Positions 38,001 through 50,881 are shown, counted from the stretch's first letter. The stretch: DNA of 64,000 nt from Paraspadella gotoi (GCA_051294375.1 JBJCIZ010000028.1:124001-188000); one strand, 5' to 3'. Numbers and translations are program-made. The notes: generated from the letters alone by a model not told the origin.

Positions 38001-41000
38001 TTATATATTTTCATAGAAATAAGACAAAACTTTATTTTTCGTTCAAAGTTAAACGTTTCATGAATCGTCATGACTAATTTTGAAAATATTAAATGTCAGG
38101 GAACCAAAACATTCTCTAAGGTTTCTGATGCTTTCTCCATCGATGCCAGCCTAAGATCTTACGAATTCCATTATTTATGGCTACATTTAGTCGTACATAT
38201 CTTTACAACGAAAGTCTTTAATTCACAAGCCATATCGTAGTACAGAGACACAATAATGTAAAAAAATTTGTAACAAAATGCTTCATTTGGTTTGTTAATG
38301 CATGTCAAAATACTATTGGAGATCTATAAAAGGACATTAGATCAGGATGTTGGGGACGAAACAAAATTTATTTCCAGATTTTAAGTAAAATCCTAGATAT
38401 TTCCAACTCGTGACTCTTTCGATAGAACATGAATCAACATTTAAATGAATATTTATGAAAATAACCTTGTTCGAATCACGTCATACTTGAAATAATTATG
38501 TGTGTATAAAAATATGCACCTAGGTATTCTCCCAGGGGAAATAATTTTTTTTAGCATTTAAGGTCAACCCCGTGGCCAATCCCCTTGGGACACTGGGAAC
38601 TCTCATTACTTTGGCTCTCTGCTCTCAGTTGATGTGCATATTTTAATTGTATTTAATAGGGCATAGGCTTAAGTTTAACTGAACTTAAAAATCTATTCAA
38701 ACGTAGATATATTTAACAACTGATTTTCCGACCGTCCCCCCAATCGGGTCGGGTAAGTCACTTAAATAATGTCGGAACATCAAATTATGATAAATGATGC
38801 CCAAAAAAATCTATGTCCGTCCGTCAGTCCGTCTGTCTGTCTGTCCGGTCGTCCATTTCCCCCCAATTACCAATGATTGGGTGGGGCGATTGACTCGAAA
38901 TTTTGTGTGTGGGTAACGAAGTGTGTGCTTGAGCTAGAAATCCACTTTCGATGGAATCGTTTTAGTTTAAACGGATTTAAATGAAAAAAAAACCAGTTTC
39001 ACTATTTTACTTTGCTTTTTTTGATTTTATATTAAATGTAAATTCAAGCTGCATTAATTAGTTATTAAATAATTAATTAATTGTTTATTTAATCAATTAA
39101 TTATTGATAAGTACATGATCAGATCATTAATAAGCATTGTTTGCTCATTGAGCAATGCTCAAACTTGTTTAATCATTTTTTAGGTGGTCCTATTCAAGCC
39201 CTACTCAAAACACTTGATTATTTCTTGGAATTTGTTATTGCTATTAGTGAAAAAGCAGTTTAGTATAGAAACAAGAACGGTAATTCAAATGTGTTGTGCC
39301 GCAGTGACATGTGACATGACATGACTTAATATGACATGACTACAATAACTTTTTAGCCCGTGTAATTATGACACGCACCGCATAGGAATTCGTTTTTTGT
39401 TCTTTATAGGTTTCCTGATTTTCTAAAGGTGGCGTGAGCAGTCCCTTATATTTGAAGTTTTTTTCTGTCTTAACAAATGAGCAACCAACTATAGCGTAAG
39501 TGGGACAGACCGACGGACAGACATACTGACCGACAGAGCGACCGAAAAGTGACTTATAGAGTTGCTCCGCGAGTACTCGCCACGCACCTAAAAAATGAAT
39601 TAGTTCTCAACTGGTTTATCTTAAAGGCCTTAGCTGATCAATAGAGTGGAGCACTGGGGAACATTAATTTTATTTGAGTGAACAAACAATGATATTTAGA
39701 AGTGAGATAGTAATGATTAAGGAGTACAAAAAATATTTTACTTTTATTATTTGGAGAACAGTATCATTAATTACAATATATTTATAGATATATATTATAA
39801 AATAATAAATTTTTAATATTTTTCTTTAAAATTATTATTAAAGATTTTGATTCTTTTTTCTGGCGAATCCAAAACTGTTTTTAAACTTGAAAAACCATTA
39901 ATTACAAATTTTATAATTTTATAAGGATATTACTCTAAAGAAAATTTAATTTATGATACTGTTACGCAATTTTTTTTGAAAAAAGGCTTAATTACTTTTT
40001 ATTACATATACAAAGGCAGCAGAAAAATATTGTTCCATCGCTCAATCTTTTCATCACTCCACCCTACTGATCAAGTAAAAGAAAAAGAAAGCCCCTATTA
40101 TAAATTTGATTAGATTAGATTAGATTAATCTCTCTCTCTCTCTCTCTCTCTTTTTCTCTCTCTCTCTCTCTCTCCCTCTGCCTTTCTCTTATTTCCTTCA
40201 AATGAAGATCAGCTTCTTTTGTTATTAACTCGAGAAAATGAAGCAGACAATTAACTGGACTTCTACTTCTTCCAGATCAGTTTTACATCTACCTGATTAT
40301 CTTTCAGATCTGATAACTGATTCTGTTATTGATAGAAATTGATTATAAATTGCATTTTCTTTTTCTTTCTATTCCTGTCTGAATTTTCAAGAAAAAGGAA
40401 TTGGTTGCATAAATTAAATTTTAACTTTAGAATAAAGGAGAAGGTAATAAAACCAGTTTGAGCAAACAATGTCGAATCTGTTCAAGATCATTAGCGGTAA
40501 TTAATTAATTAATTAAATAATTAATTAATTCAAGTTGAATAATTAATAAGGCAATTAATTAAATAATTTGAAATGAAATGTTTGTTTTTAGGTTTTTTCG
40601 TTACTGACCACGACAAAAGCAACAATGACGATAATAATGCTGATAACAATTGACTTAATTGATTGATTGGTTAAATAATTAATTAATAGATAAATAAATT
40701 AATTGATTATTATTGATTGATTAATTAATTTACGGACCGACAAAGTGAATTATAAAGTCGGGATCTGCTAATAAGCACATCCGACGGACGGACGGACGGA
40801 CATTGTTTTATTTTTGCATAATTTATCATAATTTGATGTTTTGAGATGATTTAAGTGATTTACTGACAAGATTCAGGGGGTGGGACCGACGAACCGACAA
40901 GGTGAATCATAGAGCCGGAATCTGCGATAAGCAGATCCTTCTAAAAATTTATTTTCTTTTCGCCAAGCAGAATATATTTGCGTTGACCCCCTTTTTACAA

Positions 41001-42930
41001 GCACTTCATAAGTTTCTCTTGATCAAGTGACGTACATTGTCCTCCGGAAAATGTTTAATCACGAGATGCTTCTAAACTATTAACTATTAACTTTGCAACC
41101 TCACGCTCAATCCCTTCCCTACAAACACCCGAACCCCCCCTTTTCTCCAACTCCCAAACTCCCTCCCACAACCCCCCTTCTCCTCTCCCACAACCCTCTT
41201 TCCTCTCCCACAACCTTCTTACACAACCCCTTCTATTCCTCGCCACAACCCCCTTCTTCTTCTCCCACACCCCTTCTCACTCCCACAACCCCCTTCTCTC
41301 TCCCACAAACCCCCCTTTCTCTCTCCCACAACTCCCTTCTCTCTCCCACATCCCCGCAAGATCAAAGACGGGTCGTGGTCCGCGATCCCCAACAACCAAC
41401 GAGGACCGTTCCACACCCTTAGTCCACGACGATGTCCAAGAGTCGATTCTATTTTTGGGTCTTCAACGTGACGCTGACTTCCCTCGTTTACTTCGTGATT
41501 CCTTTGGTGTCGTTGGTCGTACTTACCTGCCTCACTTTGCAAGGACTGCAGCGGCATTTCGACAACATGTACGGAGTTAAGGTAAGGNNNNNNNNNNATT
41601 AGAAACTTTAATTCATTGAATTATGCACATCTCGCCCCTGACTTTGGACAGGCTATGTGACTGGAAATTCTCTAATTGACAAACTGTATTATGAAATGAC
41701 ATCATTGACATGTAACATAACATGACATGATTTTTGAGGATGAGACCCGATATGAACCGAAGCGACATAACATTAATTTACAAAACAGTATTTAAACTTG
41801 GAAGATATAAATATATATATAAATATATATATATGCCTGTATGTACCGACCTAATGAATGAATTTTTACATTGGTTGTACTTATTTCCGCGAGTTCATGA
41901 ACGAAACTGTTAGAATCTCTTTCGAAAAATTGCAGGGCCCCCGGCAAGGTTATAATCTTGGTTTAGGAGGAATCGAGTCCTCGATCCACGATAAATCAGG
42001 AGGCAAACTATTGTTTCTTAATTCTATAAATAAATTTTAAAAATGTTTGTTCCATGTATAATAATACCGTTTCACCACGTCCCTCGGTCGGCGTCCGATT
42101 CACGGTGTGAATTTATGGCGAATGAACGTCGATGTTTCACTGTGAACGTCAGTCGTGTCTCGTGAATCCAGGCCCTCTTTTTTTTTCTTTCTGTGTGAAA
42201 ACGAAGCGATTTTTTTTTTCACTTGCATCGCGAGTTCTCGCTGTGACTCGGTAAGTTAGTTTTTGGTCGGTCAGTTTGTCTGTTAGTTTGTCTCCAATCT
42301 CTCCTATACCTATCAAAAAAACTTGTATATCCTGAAATAAAATTAATATTTGGGAAGTCATGAAATTTTATTTTAATTAGGCATTATTCGGTTTAATGCT
42401 TAATCATTTCAGTCAATTCAATATAAGGGTTTATTTAAATATTGTTACACATGTAGAAGACGAAAAGTCGCCTCACACATATATTATTTTACGATTAATC
42501 ACAAAATGCTTTTTATACTTGAATTTATATTTGTGTAACAATGTGATCATTATAAATATGTTTGAAGAAGAAAGTCTTATCAAATTTGTTAACTTATATT
42601 TTCATAAAACGTCCTTGGAAACTCGTAACACAGAGTTTCTAAGCAAGCGAAAGACTGAGATGAGTTATCAAGTGAAAAGCGAGTTGATCACGAAATCTCT
42701 CACGGAAAAAAATTGAGAGAGAAGTTAAAAATGCCCGCGAAAAATATTGGGCGATCGAAGAGTGACCAGAAAAATTTCACCGAACGTCCTTATAAGGTTA
42801 CATCTTTCACATCGGTGCAGTGCAACAACCTCGTCTTGTTTTATTCATTTTTTTATGTCTGGAGGTAAAAAAAAAATATAAGGAAGCCGAGATTTATGAG
42901 GCGAATGGGAGGGAAACCTGCGGAGCCAAA

Positions 42931-42969
<39 letters not shown>

Positions 42970-45900
42970 ATGATGATTATGATGATGATGATTATGGTTA
43001 TGATGATTGATGATGATAAAGATCATGATGATGACGATAACGAAAACAATTATTCTTACGACTTTACTATTTTGCTTTAAATTTAATCCACCGTTTTAAA
43101 TTCGCATTAAATAAAAATTATACAAATCTCATTAAATTCTATCCGTGTTTACTATTTTTAATAATTCGAATTTATAGTTGGGATTATTTTGTAAAACCTG
43201 CGTGTTTCCTGTTGTGACGCCGAATGTTTAAAAGCAATTTATAATTCGAGAATATTCAGTAAAAATATATGACAGATGCGAACAAAATAAGGAATAATGA
43301 ATAAGAAGCAAATGGCAAAAAAATAAACTGAAATTCACAGTAAAACATATAGATTTGGATGACAATGTCTTCTACGTCGTCGTCGTCTTTATCGTCGTCT
43401 TTGTTGTCGTCGTCGTCATCTTTTTTGTCGTCGTCGTCTTATCGTCGTCGTCTTATTGTCGTCGTCGTCTTTGTCGTCGTCATCATCATCGTCTTCGTCG
43501 TGAAACTTCACTTTTTCTTCGTGATAAGAGGGCCGAGAAAGCGGGGAGAAGAGAGGTGAGCAGACGGGAGGAGAGAAGGAGAAAGGTAGGAAGAGGAGGA
43601 GCGAGAAAGGAAGGACAAGAAAGGAGAAGGAGGAGGAAGAGGAGATGGAAAGAACGGAGAGACGTAGGAGAAGGAGAAGAGAAGAGAGAGAAAATTAGAG
43701 AGAGAGAGAGGTAATGGATAAGGAAGAGCGAAGAGGCCGGTAGGCGATTGAGCAGAGGAGTGTGAGCCAGGAGAAAGAGAAAATAAGAAGCAAAAAAGTG
43801 GATCTAAAGGAACAGAAAGTGAGTTAAAGATTAACGATATGACGCGTAAGTAAGTTAGTCTGTGATTCGGGGTTAGCATCTCTTGCAGTTAACGATAATC
43901 GTGGGTGAGTGAATTATCAATCAATTGATGTGAGTTATCGCTTGAGCGAATGAGTGAATTGAGAAAGTCTGCTGAAAGATGATTTTGCTCTCGAGAGTCA
44001 TCATGATTTCAAGGTTTGAGTCTTGGTCTGAGTCATGAGGTCTCAGATTTGCCAGTCCCATTTCAACTCAGGAATCTCCATCGAGTTGACGTCTGAGTCC
44101 ATAGTTTCATTCGAAAGTCTGTACTTGGGGTCTTAGATTCGATTTCTGAGTTTTATGGTTCTGAGTCTGAATAAGAAATATAAGTCTGCAGACTTTTTCT
44201 TTTTCTCCTTCGCTGTGATAAGTTCATGAATAAGGACCAGATGAGTCACGATCGTCAATATCCCGAGAGATCACGGTAAGACNNNNNNNNNNNNNNNNNN
44301 NNNNNNNNNNNNNNNNNNNNNNNNNNNNNNNNNNNNNNNNNNNNNNNNNNNNNNNNNNNNNNNNNNNNNNNNNNNNNNNNNNNNNNNNNNNNNNNNNNNN
44401 NNNNNNNNNNNNNNNNNNNNNNNNNNNNNNNNNNNNNNNNNNNNNNNNNNNNNNNNNNNNNNNNNNNNNNNNNNNNNNNNNNNNNNNNNNNNNNNNNNNN
44501 NNNNNNNNNNNNNNNNNNNNNNNNNNNNNNNNNNNNNNNNNNNNNNNNNNNNNNNNNNNNNNNNNNNNNNNNNNNNNNNNNNNNNNNNNNNNNNNNNNNN
44601 NNNNNNNNNNNNNNNNNNNNNNNNNNNNNNNNNNNNNNNNNNNNNNNNNNNNNNNNNNNNNNNNNNNNNNNNNNNNNNNNNNNNNNNNNNNNNNNNNNNN
44701 NNNNNNNNNNNNNNNNNNNNNNNNNNNNNNNNNNNNNNNNNNNNNNNNNNNNNNNNNNNNNNNNNNNNNNNNNNNNNNNNNNNNNNNNNNNNNNNNNNNN
44801 NNNNNNNNNNNNNNNNNNNNNNNNNNNNNNNNNNNNNNNNNNNNNNNNNNNNNNNNNNNNNNNNNNNNNNNNNNNNNNNNNNNNNNNNNNNNNNNNNNNN
44901 NNNNNNNNNNNNNNNNNNNNNNNNNNNNNNNNNNNNNNNNNNNNNNNNNNNNNNNNNNNNNNNNNNNNNTTATCGACCTTTTCAACTTTTCTCGATCTAC
45001 GAATTCCCTAACGATTCCCAACGACCATCAACAAACCCAGTGGTTCCGGTCCGACTTGTCGATTTCCTTTTATACGTCGCCTTCCGTTGAGTTGATTTTT
45101 TTTAGGCCATATTTTTTAAAAGTGCCCGATTTCAGCTTAAATACGGTATTAAATGACTTTTTTTAGGTTTAAAAAGTTAATTCTGGTCAGAGGTTAGATT
45201 AGATATTTGGTTAAACATTTTGGTCAGGAAATTATATAGAGTTTTGAGTAGAAGATTAGGATACAATCTTTATATTATTCTCAAATTCAGGGATTTATGA
45301 ATAGAAATTGTGCGCTTTTGGAAAATAGTGCCGCTGTGGATTTATGGTTCGGTGTAGAGAGTTTACCGGGATTAGTTTATCGCCCGAGCCGACCACTACC
45401 GCTTGGCACTAAGATTATAACTTTAAAATGACAATACTACGAATATCGAATATCTTAATATCTTAATATCGAATATCTTATTATCTTCATATCTTAATAT
45501 CTTAATATCTTAATATCTTAATATCTTAATATCTTAATATCTTAATCTAACGGTCTTTTGATAAATGATCTACTCTATTTTTTAAAAAACTCAAAGACTA
45601 AGCTATCATTTAAAACTCATCCTGCCAAATTCACGACTCTGAAACTCTGTTCAACTTTTTTCCAAATCTCAGCCGGCGTCCACTCCGGTTCGATGGACGA
45701 CCACGACGTCCACCGCGCCCACGACTTCTCTCTCCACGACTACAACCGCAACGACGCCGGGTCCCCGGATGTCAGCCTGCGGAAACTACTACACCTCGCA
45801 TCGCATAGACCAGAAGACGATCACCCGGATGTGCGTGGGCGTGGTCCTTATCTTCCTCGTCATACGGATTCCGATCATTTCCGGTTTCGGAGAGAAGAGA

Positions 45901-46701
45901 GAGTTTTAGTTGTTGTTTTTTTTGTTTTGTTTTGTTTTGTTTCGTCCTAGTTGTTGTTTCTGATTTAAATGTTGCGGCTGTTTTAGTTTCCTGTTGTTGT
46001 TTTCGTTCTTTTATGGTTTCCCTTGTTGTGTTTTCAGTAGTTGGTGTATATTAAGTAGCAGATATTTAGTAGCAGTCTTTGTTTGTGTAAATGTTATTGC
46101 TGAATTTGTCAATTTATTTTCATCTCGAAGTCATTAAAATTTGTTTTCTCTCTCTCTCTCTGTTCTCTCTCTCTCTGCTGTCTGTCCTCTCTCCTCTTCT
46201 CTCCCTTTCTCCTTCTCCATCTCTCATCTCTTCTCTCTCTCTCTCTCTCCTCTCTCTCTCCCCCTCTCTCTGTTTCTCTCCCCTCTCCCCTCTTCTCCTC
46301 TCTTCCTCTCTCCCTCCCTCTCCATCTCTCTCCTCTCTTCCACGCCCTCTCTCCCTCCCCCCCAAACAGCCTTACATGGCGACGTCTTCACCGGTCCGTC
46401 TACGCCGGCCGATCTCTCGCCTTCGACAGATTCTGGGTCTTGACGTTTTGCTGATGTCGTTAAACTCTTCCCTCAACATTGCAGTTTACATTTTCGTCGC
46501 AGCGCAACATTTAGATTTCACACCAAGAAGATGTTGATGAAGTGTCTCTGTCGGGAGAGGGTGAGAGAGAGAGAGAGAGAGAGAGTAATTAACTCTTTGT
46601 TCACCTACGAGAATCAGTAACAAACTTTCTTACCTCCCTTTCTTCATATTATTTCTATTATTTATAAATTATCTTCTTTTCTCATCTCTCTTTCTCTCTC
46701 T

Positions 46702-46735
<34 letters not shown>

Positions 46736-47077
46736 TCCTCCCCCGTCTATCTTTGTCTCTCCGTTCCTTTTTCTCACTCTCCTCTTTTCCTTCTCTCCTC
46801 TCTCCTCTTTTTCCTTCCTTCTCTCCTCCCTCCCTCCACACAGAAGCGGCGCTGGAATCGTCCGACGCCGGAATCAAACTTCGGCTCCGAATTCCGTTTC
46901 GCGGCGCCAACAGAGAGAACAATCGACAGCAGCAGCGGCAGCGAAGCTCAGACGCAGCAGACGCAGCAACAGCAGATGCAGCAGCAGATTCATCAGCAGC
47001 AAAAACGGACGGAGGAACGTTTCGTGGGAAGTAGGTTTTTTTTTTTTTGTTTGTTTTTTTTGTTGAGAGAAGAAGGA

Positions 47078-47108
<31 letters not shown>

Positions 47109-47200
47109 CAGAGAGAGACAGAGAGAATGGACAGAAAAGACGGAGAGTGAAGAGAGAGAGAGAGAGAGAAGAGAAGAGAGAGAGAGTGGAGAGAAAAGAC

Positions 47201-47263
<63 letters not shown>

Positions 47264-47296
47264 TAAGAGAGTGGACAGAAACACGGAGAGTGAAAG

Positions 47297-47349
<53 letters not shown>

Positions 47350-47573
47350 AAAAGAAGGGAGAGAAGAAGAGAGAGAGAGAGAGAAGAGAGAGTGGAGAGA
47401 ATAGACGGAGAGAAAAGAGAGAGAGAGAGAGAGTGGAGAGAAAGAGAGAGAGAGGAATGAAGAGAGCTGGGTTATCAGTGGAAAATCTCGTCAAGATTGA
47501 AATTCTTATTTTTTTTTTTTTGTTTGCTCAAAGGCCCACAAATATAACTTTGACTACCGGGAACCGGATGTAA
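20627..47573 (+). CDS. Class A GPCR, FMRFamide/sex-peptide-receptor-like; exons ~20627-20836, 26171-26322 (duplicate 33289-33434), 41361-41581, 45673-45883, 46370-46560, 46844-~47035, ~47533-47573; TM1 exon not found
   Basis: Translations between AG/GT sites: TM2 SSTVVLLCILATVD; TM3 SNIWNT|V..SM(E)RYL(A)ICYP; TM4 LALLFNIP(RFFE); TM5 FYFWVFNVTLTSLVYFVIPLVSLVVLTCLTL; TM6 TITRMCVGVVLIFLVIRIP; TM7 LNSSLNIAVYIF..(FR). Intron phases agree where checkable. Several exons contain indels, and the last two exons are tentative. Confidence 0.8.
22391..22648. mobile_element. MITE-like element with internal degenerate TTAGG(G) repeats
   Basis: Imperfect TIRs GGCCTTATTTACCGAAAGCG ... CGCTTTTGGAAAAAGGAGCC. 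Relatives at ~24006-24350 (inverted), 25745-26122, ~45165-45332, 48949-49137, and in duplicate B. Confidence 0.6.
26485..26699 (-). mobile_element. Solo LTR of the tRNA-containing TRIM
   Basis: Minus strand reads TATGGTGGACTAAAATCC...CTGTCTCTTCA. Same flanks as the full element in duplicate B. Confidence 0.85.
27682..27892 (+). mobile_element. Solo LTR of the tRNA-containing TRIM with a 4-bp TSD
   Basis: TATAGTGGACTAAAAT...CTGTCTCTTTA flanked by GCAG (27678-27681) and GCAG (27893-27896). The B-box part of the tRNA cassette is deleted. Confidence 0.85.
28487..34560. repeat. Segmental duplication copy B
   Basis: Colinear with 21553-26975; starts right after an N-gap; carries the full TRIM where copy A has a solo LTR. 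Confidence 0.9.
33593..34280 (-). mobile_element. Complete TRIM (non-autonomous LTR retrotransposon) with a tRNA-Gly-like cassette in each LTR (Helenus-like)
   Basis: Minus-strand order: 5' LTR 34280-34040; PBS TGGTGAGCCCGAC (tRNA-Trp 3'-end complement, 1 mismatch to the recalled consensus) immediately after it; ~200-bp non-coding interior; PPT GGGAGGGGGGGAG (33854-33842); 3' LTR 33841-33593. Confidence 0.88.
34968..35260 (+). mobile_element. Short HINE-like element; second direct copy at ~39348-39596
   Basis: Shared start TT(C)TTAGCCCGTGTA, (GACC/GACA)n tract and end GACCGAAAA..GTGACTTA(T)AGAGTTGC(C)TCCGCGA. Inverted relatives at ~42215-42275 and ~48350-48480. Confidence 0.6.
35498..37783 (-). 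CDS. XK-related (Xkr/CED-8-like) multi-pass membrane protein, intronless, ~761 aa
   Basis: First in-frame ATG at 37783. XK-family motifs: TM1 LSDTGSDLKLTVQYL, FESFPQLLIQ, FSLVASTLSLAKA. Many further hydrophobic helices C-terminally. Confidence 0.75.
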   Translation of the reverse strand: MLVQICYLLFNVILNLSDTGSDLKLTVQYLTSTVKIFKIIGWMLFCSVALHGVVSSLYGLSVIRRNPGLFSRLTGQPWRFVVVVLLYLIGLGSIPIAIDLFLDRNNSDEKARVVKESFELMMTLIHSIFESFPQLLIQAATVVISLTSGTSEFCFDFSQIRNYNYQGNVYSLQENGNLTLTSDICTCFVTARRNLTNVLYCSWKFKNFFLIFSLVASTLSLAKAAATFRASKLGKEVPKLKKILTIVFDSMQGSVGISINLFLISITTVRMSYVMLIFLPFVLLRVFTLKELKEIIVKLKSRSIPNSLDLSNQFFFIVTIPMYTFLIFSTIFNIEKHIFLNSHRDENMRGLEKSYWGLSYFKNEKTPKMMISLDKTKPFCATNVFGNAIIFKIRNQDNIIYHEDCKFLLDNINSFKFSVKLGNYIIFFPDNNFNNSIVFLDLIMGSIFVIAYLLKKRILLKNLLSLTPFVASMCIILLNFVVSLPTNRDASKDKTYNKRMYIVGKIVSGFSPTFAITFFSILLQKVLKANKNNKLVIMFFVIFCSFLPFKVFGWRQDHFLDTFPESLSNFFSGRNNFTQKEITMTLKKFNDQLFLFFFLTENFLLYFCLSFFPIVGTIAVLISKNITKKNISKILLILFIILLFLGIFFYLDFVPSNNAKKKIIFPKYQKPGICIFCARTFFPQYELQNFREIYVITAHMNLYTKFLKLNVPIKNVKSLILRTQKFIFYTEEDLRKDNVLFVYFLIIPAAVLNFKLRTENT
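45450..45548. repeat. 9-bp tandem repeat (ATATCTTAA)n
   Basis: About 11 near-identical units visible. Confidence 0.9.
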
Positions 47574-47602
47574 GGGGGAGGTTTGGGGATGGCTTAAGGG
47601 CA

Positions 47603-47818
47603 AGATGGCAAAACATCTTCTAGATGGCGAGATGGCAAAACATCTACTAGATGGCGAGATGGCAAAACATCTACTAGATGGCGAGATGGCAAAACATCTA
47701 CTAGATGGCGAGATCGCAAAACATCTACTAGATGGCGAGATGCCAAAACATCTACTAGATGGCGAGATGCCAAAACATCTACTAGATGGCGAGATGCCAA
47801 AACATCTACAAGATGTCG
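47603..47818. repeat. 27-bp minisatellite, 8 copies (AGATGGCAAAACATCTACTAGATGGCG)
   Basis: Head-to-tail units with no spacers; each contains the inverted repeat CATCTA-C-TAGATG. Confidence 0.95.
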
Positions 47819-49553
47819 AAAAAAGGTGAACTTCATAGCAAGTGTTCCTTTTTTAAAATTGACAAGTGAAAAAAATATAATTTTTTTTTCTTTTCTATCT
47901 TTTTTATCTTCTCTGCTCTTTATATATTTTTTTTTTGCTTTTTTTTTAACCATATTTATTTTGCTCGTTTCCTCTTCATCCTCCTCCTCCTCATCTTCCC
48001 TTTCCTCCTCCTCTTCCTCCTCCTTCTCCTTATCCTCTTCCTCCTCCTCCTTTTACTCCTCCTCTTTCACTTCCTCCTCAATTTCCCTTCCTCCTCTTCC
48101 TCCTCTTCTTCCTCTTCCTCCTCTTCCTCTTTCTCCTCTTTTTTCTTCTTCCTCTTACTCCTCCTCTTCCTGCTCCTCTTCCTCCTCCGGTAATTTTTCA
48201 TGAAATTTTTTTTTCCGTTTCTTTGTTTCTTTGTTTCCATTTCTTTGTTTCTTGTCCGTTAATTTGTTTACTCCGTCTGTCCTTTTTGTGTCCGTCCGTC
48301 CATCTTCTTATATCTGTCAACCCTTTCTTTATATCTTTATATCTCTGTTTTTATTGGCGCAGCGAGTACTAGCAACTCAATAAGTTACTTTTTAATTGGT
48401 CGGTCGGTACGTTTGTCTGTCTAACAGTCTATCTGTTTATCTATCCGTCTTTGTCTATCTGCCCCACTTGCGTTTTAATTGCTCATTAAGTTTATATTTG
48501 TTAGGAATGTAAAGTAACATAAGATGTGTGTTCTTCTTAAAAAAAGGTCACATGAACCAAAATTCAATGCAGCATAACTAATAAAATACTCAGTTATTTC
48601 AATTAATACTTAGCAAAATAGAAAGGTATTAACATTTTCGTGATCATGAACGCGACATATTTCTAATCAACCATAGAGTGTTTGTTTTACGTGAACTTTA
48701 TAATCATTTAGTCATACGAAAAACATAATACCGCTGCGCTCACATTGAAATTACCGTTCTTCTTTTTTAATCACTCCATCAATTTTTTTTTCTCCATTTC
48801 CGGTTCTTTGCTCATTTTTTTCCCCCTCATTAATCTCAATTCCCTTTTGTCTTTTCTTTCCTCTTACATCCTTGTCTCTTTTCGACGCCTCGTCTTTCTC
48901 CCGTCTAGTGTCCCGGATGTAATGGGTTTTGATCCACGTCATAATTAGTGCCCTATTTCTTTTTCTTGATCCCAGAATTTAATTTTAACCTTAATATTTA
49001 ACCTAATCCGATGTTTAAACTTATTAAAACAATCACTAACCTAATTTTTAACCTTAACCTTTAACTTAATATTTAACTAAAAAATTTACTTAATTCCGAA
49101 TTTAAAATAAAATGGGACGTTCTGGAAAAATAAGGCCTTATTTAGCGATATTAATTGTCTCAGAGAAGGAGGCTGAGATATAGGGGCGAGATAGTTTATT
49201 TATTGAATAAATAGATGAATTTTTATCTGCTTTTAAAAATGACAAGATTAGTAATAAATCTCACAAAAACGTGAATTTTAAATATAATTTTTTGTTTGAC
49301 GTCCCGCGAATTTTAATCTGAGATTAATTTGGATTAAAAGAAAAAAGCTTTAAAAACGGTTTATTTAAATATAATTCGTAAGGATGAAATTCGTGAGATT
49401 CAAAATTTAGAGCGTAAATTCGTAACGCATGGGGTAAGATAAAAGACGGGCAAAATGGGTACAAAGACTTACCTTTCACTGTGATGACGCGAGAAATATT
49501 TACTTACCTCGTTTACATCCCTGTCACCAATGAGAGGCAAATGACCGAAGCAG

Positions 49554-49580
49554 ATGGTCGCGTTAATTAACGACGATACC

Positions 49581-49611
<31 letters not shown>

Positions 49612-49794
49612 TCGCTGTCCTTCGTCTCCAGCTCATGGTAAGCAAAACATAAAAAAATAATATTCCCCTTTTGTTTGCTAACTACTCTCTCTCGCTCTCT
49701 CGCTCTCTCTCTCTCGCTCTCTCTCTCTCTCTGTCTCTCTCTCTCTGAATGCCTAAATTCTTAGCATAAAGCCCCATTGAATAAATTCAAATTT

Positions 49795-49831
<37 letters not shown>

Positions 49832-50356
49832 ATCTTTTTTTTCTTTGACAAATTATGTCGGTCTGAAACGAATTTTGCAAAAAAAAATTCTTTATCAAGT
49901 TGATTTTTTATTTAAATTTCTCTTCTAATTTTACATTACAAGGTAACACTTTTTATATACAGATAGAGTCGTAGTATTCNNNNNNNNNNTAGTCGTCGTT
50001 GTCGTTGTCGTTGTCGTCGTTGTCGTCGTCATCGCTTTCCATTTGACGAATTGTTTTAATTATGGATTATGAAAAAACGATTTCAACTAATTAGCTCAAG
50101 AAATTGAAAATGAAAGAGAGAGAGAGAGAGCGAGAGAGCGAGAGAGGCTCCCATGGCCAAATACGAACCCCAGGATCTGAAACATAATTCGTATTAAATA
50201 TTGATTTCTCTAATTGGAATAATAAAAAATAATAAAATATTTTTCTTTTAAAATAGGATCATGTAATAAATGAAAGTTTTAACGAATAAAGATTTTTGCC
50301 TTATTTGGTTTTTGTTATGTGCCTGAGCTTGCTTGCCTATTTATTTATTTATATAT

Positions 50357-50411
<55 letters not shown>

Positions 50412-50788
50412 TTGTGCTTCGTTTTGTGAATGTTGATGAAAAATTGAAATCTGTGAAAACAGTCCTTGACTTGTAATCAACTCTCTCTCACTTTGTCTCT
50501 CTCTCTGTCTTTCTCTGTGATTCTCTCTCTCTCCCTCTCTTTTTTTATAAATTTATGAATTTCCGGTTGGTTCTTTCTTAATGTTGATTTTAAATTCTAA
50601 AATACCAAAAGTCGTATTTATCAAAATGTTTAAAACTAATTAAAAATTTAAAAAATCTTCGGAGCCTCAAGAGAAGAATATAGCAAAATTTATCATTATC
50701 TTCATCGCTATAAACAAATACGAAAAAATTGCTGTATGCGCCCAGCAGAATGCTAATTATTTAATGTTCTCCCTCTCGTGCGACCCTC

Positions 50789-50819
<31 letters not shown>

Positions 50820-50881
50820 GATGACGGATTGCTCATTTGTTTTTCCCCTCCTCTGTTTTTATTTTCCCTTTTGTTCCCCCT

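Noticed and set aside
44224-45021. 265-aa ORF
   Set aside because: Consists almost entirely of N bases.
47603-47818. 27-bp palindromic repeats as a CRISPR array or a MAKHLLDGE-repeat protein
   Set aside because: No unique spacers, no cas genes, eukaryotic context; the ORF exists only because the unit length is a multiple of 3.
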